From the human T2T-CHM13v2.0 reference genome, Homo sapiens, in contig CP086569.2 of the NCBI GenBank assembly GCA_009914755.4, positions 7,392,001 to 7,456,000 of the forward strand: a stretch of DNA of 64,000 nucleotides, read 5' to 3'. Below, one piece after another: positions 39,457-52,049 of the stretch. The stretch's first letter is position 1. Each line of letters opens with the position of its first letter. The notes under the pieces are model-generated. The model was not told where the DNA came from, did no database searches, and was given only the letters and a program-made list of their open reading frames with translations. Made by a program: the position numbers and the translations under genes.

Positions 39457-39574
39457 GAAAGAAAGGAAAGGAAAGGAAAGGAAAGGAAAGGAAGGGAAGG
39501 GAAGGGAAGGGAAGGGAAGGGAAGGGAAGGGAAGGGAAGGGAAGGGAAGGGAAGGGAAGGGAAGGAAAGGAAAA
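39457..39574. repeat. Compound pentanucleotide microsatellite (GGAAA)n(GGGAA)n, about 118 bp, very pure
   Basis: Direct read: 'gaaagaaaggaaaggaaaggaaaggaaaggaaaggaagggaagggaagg...gggaaggaaaggaaaag', with 13 or more consecutive GGGAA units. Track ORFs 39406-39603(-) and 39442-39717(+), reading PFPSLPFPSL and KGREGKGREG, are artefacts. Confidence 0.95.
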
Positions 39575-40894
39575 GAGGAGTCAGTCAAGTCACACAACCT
39601 CATGCCTCACAGCTGTCCCTTGTGAGCACACCAGCCAAATGCTTTGTCTACCTGCAAAGCGACTTTAAAAAGAGAGAAAGAGGAGGAGCTGCTCTGCATT
39701 CTCTCTTTAAACTGTAGCACGTTATCATTCCTTCTATGATAGTTGGCCAAAAGACAAATCTGATTCCCTTTCTTAGACTTCATTTTAATTTTAATTTTTA
39801 TGAAAGCAGCAAAAACAAACTGCTCTCTCCATTCCATTCTCATTTTTTTAATTAATATTGTTCCTTTTGAAAGACTACCCCCATTTCTCTTTTCTTAATT
39901 AGGCCCAATCTAAATGTAGGCATAAACATTGAACTTGGCAAGGAAAAATGAAAACTATCCCCAAGCCCTGAAAATCTAAATCAAGACCAAACCAATTACA
40001 GCATTTTATTTAGGTGGGGTTTATATTTCGTATTTTTTTAACTGTTAAGTGATTGACAGAATTTATGGTAGGCTCAAAATGTTAAAGTATTTCCAGACTT
40101 TGGGGGAAGACATTAAGTTTGTATATAGCCTTTAAACAAAAGCATTGCATTTTCCAGCCATGCCTTTCAGTTCAAAAGTATTACACTTTTAATAGCTGCA
40201 TAATTCCGGACATATCCTTCTTCTGAGGAGACATTTTTCTAGCTAAGCTTAATGCAGTGAGTTAAAAGAGAGAAAGAATGTTAAACGGAACCCTCTACTT
40301 GCAGTTAGACATATGTTTGCTTTTCATTGCAGGACGCTAGGAAACCTCTCTGATTGTCTAACTTTTTGCCTCACCTGTCTGAGGGCAGAGGCCCTGAGGA
40401 CTGCATGCAAATTTCAACCCCCCAACCCCAAACTCTCACTTCTTCTCTGTTGAGCATAGCTTAGCCACAGCAGGATGCTACCTATTTACTCAGGGAGGCC
40501 TTACCTGTCGGTTTTCTTGATGAGGATGGCCCTAAAGATATGCTCCAGGGGTGTCTTCTCCTGTCCATGGGTGGGCTGCACAAAGGGGTGCATGGCTGCC
40601 AGAGAGAAGCCCTGTTGGTACAGCTCCAGGAGTTGGGTGGGCAGGTCACACAGGGAGGTCAGCCTTACTGTTGAGGATCCAGGGAGCTCTGCTGGAGTGG
40701 AGAGAGGAGAGGCTCATCACAGACCCACTAGGACACCCACCCAGCCCTGCCCAAGTCCCTCTCCCCTTGCCCTCAGGGAGGATCCTCTAGGTTACTGCTA
40801 AAATGAGTTTGTCTCACTTTTTGCTGTCTTCAAACGTACTTCATAAGCAGACTGTCATTTTCCAAATCACCCAAAGACACTAATGATTGGATTC

Positions 40895-41515
<621 letters not shown>

Positions 41516-42232
41516 TGGAATGTCTTAGATCCAGAGTCATCTTCTCAGTGATCACAATGAAAAAGTCATTTCCACCTTCTAAAAAAAGAAAAAAAAGAAA
41601 AAAAGAAAAAGAAAACAGAAATGAAGAAGGGAAGGGAAAAGAAGGAAAATACACTGAACAAATATAAAAATTCTAGGAGGCAATAAGTAGCATAAACAAA
41701 GTCAAAAGACAAACTTAAACAAAATTTCTGTGACCCTTAAGATAAAGGGCTAATTTCCTTAATTTGCGAAACCCTCCTTACCCCAAAATAAATTCTACAT
41801 AGGCAAAATATATGAAGAGGCAATTGCTTACAAAATGTAAAACGCTAACCAATATTTGAAAAAACATTCTATCTCAGCATTAGAATTACACAAATCAAAA
41901 CCAGGAATATTTTTACCTATTGAATTATTTTAAAATTTGGACTTCTAATTTACTTATTTTTGAGAAGGGGAAACAAAGTTCAAAATTCAAAAGGTACAAA
42001 TGTGTATTCAGTGAAAAGTCTACATCCTAGCCCTATCCTTTACCTCCTAGACATTTATTTCCATAGAGGAAATACATTATTATCTTTTTGTGTGTATATG
42101 CATTAACAATCAAAGTATTCATACAAAAGTCAATAGGTCTATATATTTCCCTCCTCTTCTACACAAATGTCAGCATAACATTACACACCTGGCTTTTTAA
42201 AATCAGTTTTTATCAATTAACAGGACACTTTT

Positions 42233-42545
42233 CAGGCAGCTGTGGTGGCTCATGCCTGTAATCCCTATACTTTTTGGAGGCCGAGGTGGGATTATCCCTT
42301 GAGGTCAAGAGTATAAACTAGCCTGGCCAACATGATGAAACCCCATCTCTACCAAAAATAAAAAAAAAAAAAATTAGCCAGGTGTGGTGACGCATGCCTG
42401 TAATCCCAGCTACACAGGAGGCTAAGGTGGAAGAAGCTCTGGAACCCGGGAGGCAGTGGCTGCAGTGAGCCGAGATAGCAGCACTGCACTACAGCCTGGG
42501 CAACAAGAGCTAAACTCCGTCTCAAAAACAACAACAACAAAAACA
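42233..42545 (+). mobile_element. Alu SINE with (CAA)n tail
   Basis: Starts 'ggcagctgtggtggctcatgcctgtaatccctatactttttggaggccgaggtggg' and ends '...ctgcactacagcctgggcaacaagagctaaactccgtctcaaaaacaacaacaacaaaaac'. Confidence 0.9.
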
Positions 42546-42871
42546 GTATACTTTTCTTAGACACCATTTCATAGCAGTACACAGAGTGTTTTCTCAGTCT
42601 TTTCTACAGATCCATTGTGTGATATACCATGGTCTATGAAAACTTTTGCTTTTATAAGTAATCGTTTAGTGAAAAATATCATTCCTATATGATTTTGCAC
42701 ATGTGCGCTTGTAGTACATATAAAAAATAAATTCATAGATGTTGAATTGCTGGGTTAAAAATACATGCATTGCGTGCATGTATCAAAACATCTCATGTAC
42801 CCTATAAATATATACACCTACTATGTACCCACAAAAATTAAAAATAAAATCAAAAATCAGAGGTGTAAAAA

Positions 42872-42894
<23 letters not shown>
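42872..42894. repeat. (TA)n microsatellite
   Basis: Direct read: 'atatatatatatatatatatata'. Confidence 0.9.
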
Positions 42895-42904
<10 letters not shown>

Positions 42905-43315
42905 TATGTCATACATATGTCTGCATTGTAATTTTTTCAGATAGTGCTAGATTTCTTCTATACAGTACTATGGATTTATCTGGCATCAGTGATGTATAAA
43001 GTTGTTTGTTTTCCCATACTGTGGCTATTGTCAGTGGAAAAAAAAAAAATGATCCCTGTGAGATGTTAACTTATATTTCTCTTATTGTGTAATTTGTATT
43101 TTTTTCTTATTAAACATTTCACATTTAAATGCTGTTTCTCCTTCTCTGTGAACTGTCTGTCCATTATCTTTGCCTGGCATCCTTTTGGGTCATTGGACCT
43201 TTTTTCTATTGGTTTGTAAGAACTGTTTACATATTAGGAAATTTGGTTTCTATTTATCTGTCCCCGATTTGTTGCTTGCCTTTTGACTTTGTATATGGTG
43301 GGTTTTGCTATGAAA

Positions 43316-43418
43316 TTTTTTTTTTTTTGGACAAAGTCTCTCTCTGGTGCCCAAGCTGGAGTGCAGTGACACTATCTCAGTTCACTGCAAACTCCACCTC
43401 CTGGGTTCAAGTGATTCC
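43316..43418 (-). mobile_element. Partial Alu (right-arm fragment, minus orientation)
   Basis: Direct read: 'ttttttttttttggacaaagtctctctctggtgcccaagctggagtgcagtgacactatctcagttcactgcaaactccacctcctgggttcaagtgattcc'. Confidence 0.7.
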
Positions 43419-44852
43419 ATGGAAAACTTTTTAAATAAAGCTAAATTTACCAATCTTGCTTTCAATGGCTTCTGAGTTTTATGTCATAGGAGAAAGACCT
43501 GGAATTGTAAAACAGTTATCTTGTGAATTCTCATAAAACTTATTTCATTTTTTTGCATAAAAATCTTTGATTGATTTGGGATTTATCCCAGGTAAACTAT
43601 GCAATATGAATTTAACTCCCCCACACACCCACACACAGGGGTTTATCTATTTTTCCTCATTGATTTCAGATGCCATATATTATATGCCATTTATCATTCA
43701 TTATATTCCCAGATATGAGTTTATGACTGTGATCCATCAATCTATTTGTATAAAACACTACTTCAAACAATTTTAATTTCACATTATGTTTTAATATCTG
43801 GTTAAACCATTTCTCAAATTTTCCTATATTCCTGTTTATGTTTTGTATCCTCCTAATTTGTTTTTCTAAATGATCTTTAAAAAATCTGCTCAGTAAATTC
43901 CCTTTCCTCCACCAGAAAAAAACTTGTGGGTATTTTTACTAGGTCATGTTCAAATCATAGCTAACTGAAAATGAATATTTTCACCAAGCTGCAAGTTCCC
44001 ATGCAAGAAACTGGCAAAATTTTGATTTGTTCAAGTCTTCCTTTGGGTTCCTCTGGAGCATACTAAAGTTTTCTTCACACAGATAGTACATATTTATCAA
44101 GTTAATTTCTAGTTATCCTGTATTTTATTCCTATTGGAATACTATATTTTCCTTTTTCACTTCTGTAATATTCATTGTGTGTAAAGGTGTTGGGGAAACA
44201 GGCACGCCCCTTGTCATGGTGGGAGTGAACCTTTCTTGAGGGCAGGGTGATATTGGCCTTCATACCTAAAAATGCACACACTGTTTGTCCAGCAACCCCA
44301 CTATTGGCAGTACTTCTATGGCTGGAATCATAAATGCCTTTCAAGATATATGGACAAAGATATTTACTACTGGGTTGCTCTAGTAGCAATCTTAATTGCA
44401 GGAATAGTTATATACTGGAATATCCCAGTGATTAATCCTATAAACCATTCAGAAGATTAAAGTAAATCTGTTATGTGCTGATATAGAAACAAGTCCAAGA
44501 TACATTGCTAAGTTTAAAAAAAAAAGGTAACTACAGTGTTAATGGTATGGCCACTCTTGTGTAAATAATATTAGAAGGATGGACAGATATAAATAAAAAT
44601 ATTTTTTTTCCTGGAAGAAATCACAAAAACATCAACATTGAAGAGAAGGATTGGAGTAGGGAGGAAAGCATAGAAAGTGGTTTTTGCTTTATTTTATACT
44701 TTTGATCCCATTACCACCAACAGGAGTCATTTAAGTGGAAGGTTTATGAGTCATTTTTATTTTCCTCTTTATATATAAAAACAATATTATTGTTAAAATG
44801 TTTTTAATGTACTTTAAAAAATGTGCTTTTCAAATTTTCTAATTTTTCTTAT

Positions 44853-45100
44853 TTATTTTGAGACTGAACCTCGCTCTGCCACCCAGGCTGGACTGCAGTG
44901 GTGCGATCACAGCTCACTGCAGCCTTGATCCCCTGGGCTCAAGTGATCCTCTTATTGCTTCAGCCTCCAGAGTTTCTGGGACTGTAGGCACATGCCAGCA
45001 TGTCCAGCTAATTTTTAAATTTCTTGTGGAGACAGTGTCTTGCCATGTTGCCCAGGCTAGTCCCAAACTCCTGGTTTTAAATGATCTTCCTGCCTGGGCC
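44853..45100 (-). mobile_element. Alu SINE (minus), 5'-truncated
   Basis: 'ttattttgagactgaacctcgctctgccacccaggctggactgcagtggtgcgatcacagctcactgcagcc...gtcccaaactcctggttttaaatgatcttcctgcctgggcc'. Confidence 0.85.
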
Positions 45101-45109
45101 TTAATGTAC

Positions 45110-45405
45110 TTTTTTTTCTTTTTTTTTTGAGACAGAGTCTCCCTCCTTCGCCCAGGCTGGAGTGCAGTGGTGCAATTTCAGCTCACTGCAACCTCCACCT
45201 CCCTGATTAAAGTGATTCTCCTGCCTCAGCTTCCTGAATAGCTGGGACTACAGGCACATGCCACCATGCCTGGCTAATTTTTGTATTTTTAGTAGATACG
45301 GGTTTCACCATGTTGGCCAGGATGGTCTCGATCTCCTGACCTTGTGATCCATCTGCCTCTGCCTCTCCCTAAAGTTCTGGGATTACAGGCGTGAGCCAAT
45401 GTACT
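45110..45405 (-). mobile_element. Alu SINE (minus), slightly 5'-truncated, with target-site duplication 'aatgtact'
   Basis: Poly-T followed by 'gagacagagtctccctccttcgcccaggctggagtgcagtggtgcaatttcagctcactgcaacctccacctcc...' and ending '...gggattacaggcgtgagcca'. The flanks read 'taatgtact' and 'aatgtactatt'. Confidence 0.9.
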
Positions 45406-45591
45406 ATTTTAAGAAACAAATTTTAAAACAAAACCTAGGGGTACTTAAGAACCACCTGACATCAGATACTGTAGCTGTCATTTCCATATATCATGCAAGA
45501 AATTGACAGGACAAAAAAATCTGCAGCAATGATTCACTCTAAAACAAGCATTCAGCATCCTGGAGAAGTCTCCATTAATAAGAGTGACAAA

Positions 45592-45886
45592 TGTAGGACT
45601 CATCAGGTAAGCAGAAAAGTATGCAATCTTTCCCCTGAAGGTACATTCAGGATATGCTGCTAGATAAACAAATCCAAAGGTAAGTCTCGTAAAGAATGCT
45701 AAGCCTCTCTGTATACCCCATGCATGGAAACCTGTCAAGGTAGGACTGGCCAGGTAAGCAGAAAAGTATGCAATCTTTCCCCTGAAGGGTATATTCAAGA
45801 TAGGCTGCTAGACAAACAAATCCAAAGGTAAGTCTGGTAAAGAATCCTGAGCCTCTCCATACTCGCCATGCATGGAGTCAAGGTGT
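45592..45886. repeat. Local tandem duplication, 2 copies of a 147-bp unit at about 88% identity
   Basis: Copy 1 (45592-45738): 'gtaggactcatcaggtaagcagaaaagtatgcaatctttcccctgaaggtacattcaggatatgctgctagataaacaaatccaaaggtaagtctcgtaaagaatgctaagcctctctgtataccccatgcatggaaacctgtcaag'. Copy 2 (45739-45886): 'gtaggactggccaggtaagcagaaaagtatgcaatctttcccctgaagggtatattcaagataggctgctagacaaacaaatccaaaggtaagtctggtaaagaatcctgagcctctccatactcgccatgcatggagtcaaggtgtc'. The minus-strand track ORF 45478-45798 shows the resulting internal repeat FRGKIAYFSAYL x2. Confidence 0.85.
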
Positions 45887-45960
45887 CTCATAAGCAGCTT
45901 CTTGGATGCAGGCGAGAGGGACTACTGCTCTAAAGCTTGTTCTGAACACCAGGGTTTACA

Positions 45961-46412
45961 TCAAGGGTCCCCAAACCTGGGGCCACAGACTGGTATGGGG
46001 GTGCTGCACAGCAGGAGTTGAGTGAACATTACTACCTAAGCTCTGCCTCCTGTCAGATCAATAGCAGTATTAGATTCTCTTAGGAGCATGAACCCTAATG
46101 TGAACTGTGCATGCAAGGGACCTATGTTGCATGCTCCTTATGAGAATCTAATGCCTGATGATCTGTCATTGTCCTCCATAACCCCTAGATGGGACCATCT
46201 TGTTGCAGGAAAACAAGCTCAGGGCTCTCACTGATTCCACATTATGGTGAGTTGTATAATTATTTCAATACATATATAATGTAATAATAATATAAATAAA
46301 GTGTACAGTAAACGTAATGCACTTGAATCGTCCCAAAATCACCCCCACAACCCCATCTGTAGAAAAACTGCCTTCCATAAACCAGTCCCTAGTGCCAAAA
46401 AGGTTGGGGACC
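45961..46412. mobile_element. Palindromic non-autonomous DNA transposon (MITE), about 450 bp, with GGGTCCCCAAACC / GGTTGGGGACC terminal inverted repeats
   Basis: Starts 'caagggtccccaaacctggggccacagactggtatggg' and ends 'ccagtccctagtgccaaaaaggttggggaccactg'. Internal segments are mutually inverted: 'ctgtcagatcaatagcagtattagattctcttaggagcatgaaccc' against 'catgctccttatgagaatctaatgcctgatgatctgtca'. It matches a common human palindromic MITE whose family name I cannot recall. Confidence 0.6.
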
Positions 46413-46488
46413 ACTGGTTTAGAGCAAGTGTCCTCAAAATCCACACCCTTGTCCAGCAACACCTGAGAACTTGTTAGAAATGACAAAC
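46413..46488 (+). mobile_element. MER5-like hAT MITE 5' fragment, truncated by the following Alu
   Basis: 'gtttagagcaagtgtcctcaaaatccacacccttgtccagcaacacctgagaacttgttagaaatgacaaacc' parallels MER5A 'cagtggttctcaaagtgtggtccccggaccagcagcatcagcatcacctgggaacttgttagaaatgcag'. Confidence 0.45.
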
Positions 46489-46808
<320 letters not shown>

Positions 46809-47225
46809 CTACCTTAGACTTACAGAATCAGAATCTGAGCCATTTGTGTCTCACAACCTCCCCAGGGAGTTTGACTGCGCCAAAGAGTTTCACTCCTGCA
46901 ATGGCCCTCCTCCACACACTCTCCTCTCCACAGGCAAGGAAACCTTTGCAGCCATAGGCCCAATCTGGAGGCCATGCAGACTTCTTCCTCAGTCTGCAGT
47001 GAGGCCGGATGGTGCCTATTTGTGTGCACTCCTAGGCCCAAGGCAGGGAAAAAACTAAGAGGAGGAAAGTGAGGATATAACTTACCACAAGTGCAAATTT
47101 TAAGGGAGCACCAAAAGCTCAATGATCAAGATGAATAAATATTCAATGTAATATTTTAAAAAATAAAAATCAATGTAAAACTTAATGATGAACAAAGTAT
47201 CAATACTTTTCATAAAGATAAGATC

Positions 47226-47524
47226 AGGCTGGGTGCCAGTGGCTCAGGACTGTAATCCCAGCACTTGTGGGTGTCCCAGACAGGAGGATTGCTTGAGCAC
47301 AGGAGTTTGAGACCAACCTGGGGAATATGGCAAAACTCCATCTGTACCAAAAAACACAAAAATTAGCTGGGCATAGTGGCATGTGCCTGAAGTCCCAGCT
47401 ACTAGGGAGGCTGAGATGGGAGGATCGCTTGAGCCTGGGGAGACCAAGGATGCAGTGACCTGAGATTGCACCACTGCACTCCAGCCTGGGGTAAGAGATT
47501 TACTAAATAAATAAATAATTAAAA
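47226..47524 (+). mobile_element. Alu SINE with (AAAT)n tail
   Basis: Starts 'ggctgggtgccagtggctcaggactgtaatcccagcacttgtgggtgtcccagacaggaggattgcttgagc' and ends '...ccactgcactccagcctggggtaagagatttactaaataaataaataattaaaag'. Confidence 0.9.
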
Positions 47525-48136
47525 GATAGGATCACTGTTTTTTCCTTTCACTTCAAGCTCCAATATGACTCTCACGCTACTGTCACTGATCTTGTCTTTA
47601 TTGTAAAACGTTGCCTTATTCCCCTCACCCTAATCCTGGCCCATCCCAAGATCTCCTTTCGTCCTCTAGTTCCAGATCCTCCAAATGCTGGGTGTGGACC
47701 TTATGGAAACCAGGGGCATGTTTCATCTGCTGTCAACAGATTACAAGGCTGCTGAACCAAAAGGGCAAAACCACATGTAGCGGAGACACTGTTTTATTTG
47801 AAAAACTGAATGGACTTTAGGTAGGAGTGTAAGCCTTGATGGAGGGCAACTGCATGTTGTCAATCAAACCTAAAAATACTACCCAGCACCAAGATCCCCT
47901 CTTCTTTGATAAAACTATATACAAACAGCATCTGTGAGTCATCAAACATGAGCCCTCAAACTCAGCCAGTCTCTACAGTTCAATATTCTTTAAATGTTTC
48001 AAATCTTTCAAGCTCTTCAAGCTATAATAAAATGAACCTTTATTGAGAGATCGATAATTTATATACATGTTTCCTCTTATGCACCACACTAAAATAAAAA
48101 ATAAAAGTAGTTAATATGTTTAGAAGGCAGGGTTCT

Positions 48137-48428
48137 GGCTGGGGACGGTGGCTCACGCTTGTAATTGCAGCACTTTGGGAGGCCAAGGCAGGTGGATCAC
48201 TTGAGAGTGGGAGTTTGAGACCAGCCTGGCCCACATGGTGAAACCCTGTCTCTACCAAAAATTCAAAAATTAGCTGGGCATGTTGGTGTGCGCGTACAGT
48301 CCTAGTTACTCAGGGGGATGAAGTGGGATGATCACTTGAGTCCAGGAGGTTGAGGTTGCAGTGAGCCGAGATCATGCCACTGCAATCCAGCCTGGCAGAC
48401 AGAGTAAGACCTGTGTCTCAAGAAGAAA
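48137..48428 (+). mobile_element. Alu SINE
   Basis: Starts 'ggctggggacggtggctcacgcttgtaattgcagcactttgggaggccaaggcaggtggatcacttgag' and ends '...ccactgcaatccagcctggcagacagagtaagacctgtgtctcaagaagaaag'. Confidence 0.9.
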
Positions 48429-50097
48429 GCAGACAGAGTTCTGTACCAGTTGCTCTCCTCACTGCCTGGTAACCCCAGGTATGTGAACACTCAATTTCTT
48501 TGTATAAAATGGTGATAATAACATCAACGTGTCTTCCATCATAGAGTGGTTGTGAGGATCAAGTGGGATGACGTGTGTAATATACAGAGCACAAAACAAT
48601 CACGGGCAGTGGCGCTGGCCATGGTGAATTGGGGGACTACCCACCCGGGGATGGTGATGACAACAAGGTGTGGGACCATGAAATCCTTCCCCATTCCCAC
48701 CCACACCTCTTAACCTCCATGCTCCCAAGTCAGTGCACTAGAAATATTTTAGTGGTCAATCAACCACTTTATATTTAAATGCTCCCTGAATAAAACATAA
48801 AGCTTTAAAATTTTTATCTTATAATCTAAAAATGAATCTCTTGTCAAAACTAAGCAGTTTTGTGGCTTTAATCTTTGGTAAGCATGCTGTCAAAGTAAGT
48901 TTAGCTTCATGGTTAAAAGAAAAAAATAAAAATGTTCTCAATGATCTTAAAGCAATTAAAAAAAAGGCTCCTACTGCAAATATGATTAAAGGCCTTAATG
49001 TCTTGTTTCTATTTGAACCCTAACCTTAAAATACAAAAGAAAACATAGTTCTCATAAAGTGACCAATCCCTCAGTGTTACTCCTAGGCAAATAAACAAAG
49101 GAATGATTTCTCTATTTGGATAGACATACCAATTGCAGCCTGTTGGTCTGTTTCTCAACCTGCTTATCAGAGTAACCTCTCCACTATTTTGTTTTCTAAT
49201 AGTTGCCTGATTTCGTTTACAAATTATGTAACCATGGGCAAGCTATATATCTCCCTCTCCATCTCTTGGGACCCTCATTTACAAAATGAAGACTAAATGG
49301 TCAATTGCAAAAGGATATTTCAACCTTAAAGGAGCTTTCAACTTTAAAATGCAATAATTTTAATGTTTCAATTTGGAGGCTAAGGTACCAGTTTCTAACT
49401 AAAAAGTAACATTGGATAATATAACAAATGTTTTCAATGTTAACTGAAAGAGTTCCCCAAAATCAGAGCTAAAGTTGGAATAAGGAACACCCACATGGCA
49501 TGTGTAGGTTGCTGGAGCAAGGAACAAAAGGCTAGAAGATATCCGCTTCCAGTGGGCAGGAGAAACACCACTGCTGCCTGAGGGTTCCAGCCTTCTGCCT
49601 GCCCAGGCACTAGGGATTCTGGGCTAAGTGTTCCCCAAGGGAGTGTGGAGAGCTGTTCTGGGGAGTTCTAGGGAAGAGATGCCTGTCCAGTGGTGGGAGA
49701 GAAAACTAATGTTTTAACTATTGCTGAGGATAATGGGTCCCCTTCATCCTAGAGGAGAGCTACAAGGAAAAGGCATGAGTTATTCTGAAGTTACTTTGGC
49801 TTCCTGGCCTTTGACCAGGACCTGACTCTAAGGCTGAACCACATGAACTGTCTCATCATAAGTTAAAATTTCTAATTATAACTTCATAGTGTGAAGATGA
49901 GGTACACTGGTGAGGCTGTCTTATCCACCTTTACCCTTCAGAAAGAGAAAACACCAGCCTATTCAGAGTGGGCAGACGCTGTGAGGGCTGATCACACTTT
50001 TTTCTCCACTTTCTACTCTGTCATGTTCTGTACTCTTAATTTACAGTGACCACACTCACCTCATCTGGGAAGGACACCCACGTGCTCCCACAATACC

Positions 50098-50268
50098 ATA
50101 ATCTTGGCTCACTGCAACCTCTGCCTCCTGGATTCCAGTGATCCTCCCACCTCAGCCTCCTGAGCAGCTGGGACTACAGGTGTGCACCAACATGCTTAGC
50201 TAATTCTTGTACTTTTAGTAGAGATCAGGTTTCATCACATTGGCCAGGCTGGTCTTGAACTCCTGCTC
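50098..50268 (-). mobile_element. Partial Alu (minus orientation), lacking tail and 5' end
   Basis: 'cttggctcactgcaacctctgcctcctggattccagtgatcctcccacctcagcctcctgagcagctgggactacaggtgtgcaccaacatgcttagctaattcttgtacttttagtagagatcaggtttcatcacattggccaggctggtcttgaactcctg'. Confidence 0.8.
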
Positions 50269-52049
50269 ATCTTCATCCCGAACCAGGGCTTTGTCGTGCT
50301 GCAGTGCAAAGGTCAGCTCTCTCTTGGCTTCTCCCTGACTTGGGCAGGGGCAGAGTCTCATCTCCTTATGAGACAGAGGGCTTGATGTGGATCCCAAGGC
50401 CAGTAACAGAGACATCCATGGGCCAGGGAAATAAAGTAAACAAGAGATACGAGCCAGGGGAAAAGCAATGAACATCGCGGCCTCATCTTGCCCAAGGGGG
50501 CAGCATTTTGCCCTTCTTGCCTGGTTACTGCTAAAGGGGAAGTGGGCCCAATGGTGCCAGAGCTTCTAACTCTTACTTTCAATAAGTCAGAAATCTTAAT
50601 CCTCCTAATCTTTAAATGTGGCAAGTAATTATAATTTTATTTTCAATCCCATATGGCCAAAGCCAAGACCTGTCAGGTTGCAGAGTATGGATGGGGCATT
50701 TGATAAAAGTAGGGCACGGATGTCTGCCCTCCTTCCTATCTCTGACCCTGGCACTGTCCAGGCGCAGTGTGACCATCAGTCATGCAGGGTGGAGGATGAC
50801 ATTCTGTTCATTCCCACACCAACACAAGGTACATCAAAGGCTTCAAGGACAAATCTGCAGGTATTTGATACTGGCCTCTATTTCCTAATTCTTTTTTTTT
50901 TTCTATATTGGCATTGAGACAAACACAAAGTTTAGAACCACATGATTACATTTTGAATCTTTTGGAATTTTTTGTTGTTGTTGTTCTGGACAGTATTACC
51001 AATAATCAGCTTTTCTAAAATCAAAATACAGAAACTACTGCTGAAAAGCTGTTTTGGGTGGTATGAGAGTCCAAACATCTTTTTAAATAAGTGTTTTGTT
51101 TTCCTTTCAGAAAATAACTCCATATAAATAAATAAACCATTATTCCAAGAGGTAAAAAAAAGGAAAAGAAAGGAATGAAAATAGAGAAAAAAAAATCCAC
51201 AAAACCACACATTTCTTAACACTCCTGGGATAAAGGAAATTTTGTTTTTGCTATGGCTATGTTTTGTTTAGGAAAAACATTCTGCAGCCCTATTTATTCC
51301 CTTGAAATAAAGCCCTTCAGACATTTGCAAAGGGCCAAAGTGAGGTCTTTGCTATTTCAGACTTTATTATTGGGAAAGTATCAGCCTCCAACACAAGAAA
51401 GAAACCACTGCATACAGCAACTACATATTTCACTCGGCTCTATAAAGCAGGAAACAGCAGGCTGAAATGCAAAAGTTACTATTATTTTGCCTGGAAATAA
51501 TTTCTGACTTTAACTTAATCATTCAACGTCTGACTTTGCTTTTCTAATTACATCAGCTGATGGATCTGTCAATATCAAGGAGCGCAATGTGAGAAAGACA
51601 CCATCTCCCTCAGGTAAGTTCGCTCACAGGTGAAGCTAATAATGACACTGCTCAACCAAATCTCTTTCTTTTTTTAAAAAAAGTTACTTCAAGACTGCTA
51701 GTGCTATAACATCAATGTGCCTGGGCTTTGCAGTAGATCCAATTTAGCAAAACATTAAAATCAATCACTTTTCAATGCAGGACTTTTTATTGTATAGGTA
51801 AGAAATGGGAGTCCAATTTTTAAAACAATGCTTGCAGAAGACAAAGCCTATTTCTTCCACATGTGTCATTTCTAAATCTGTGGAATAAGTGAGAATGTTT
51901 ATTCTAGGCCTCTAAAAATTTAGACTTCTGTCATCTTTTCATTAAACAAATTCATGTTTCTGAAACTTAAAAAAAAAATAAAACACATACATATCCAGGC
52001 TTAGGAGACCACACCATTAAAACACTATTTTTAAAATTTGAAGTAAAGT

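Noticed and set aside
39457-39574. Possible CRISPR-like or tandem repeat array with regularly repeating GGAAG/GGGAA units
   Set aside because: The units are 5 bp with no spacers. It is a simple microsatellite in a primate genome, not a CRISPR array.
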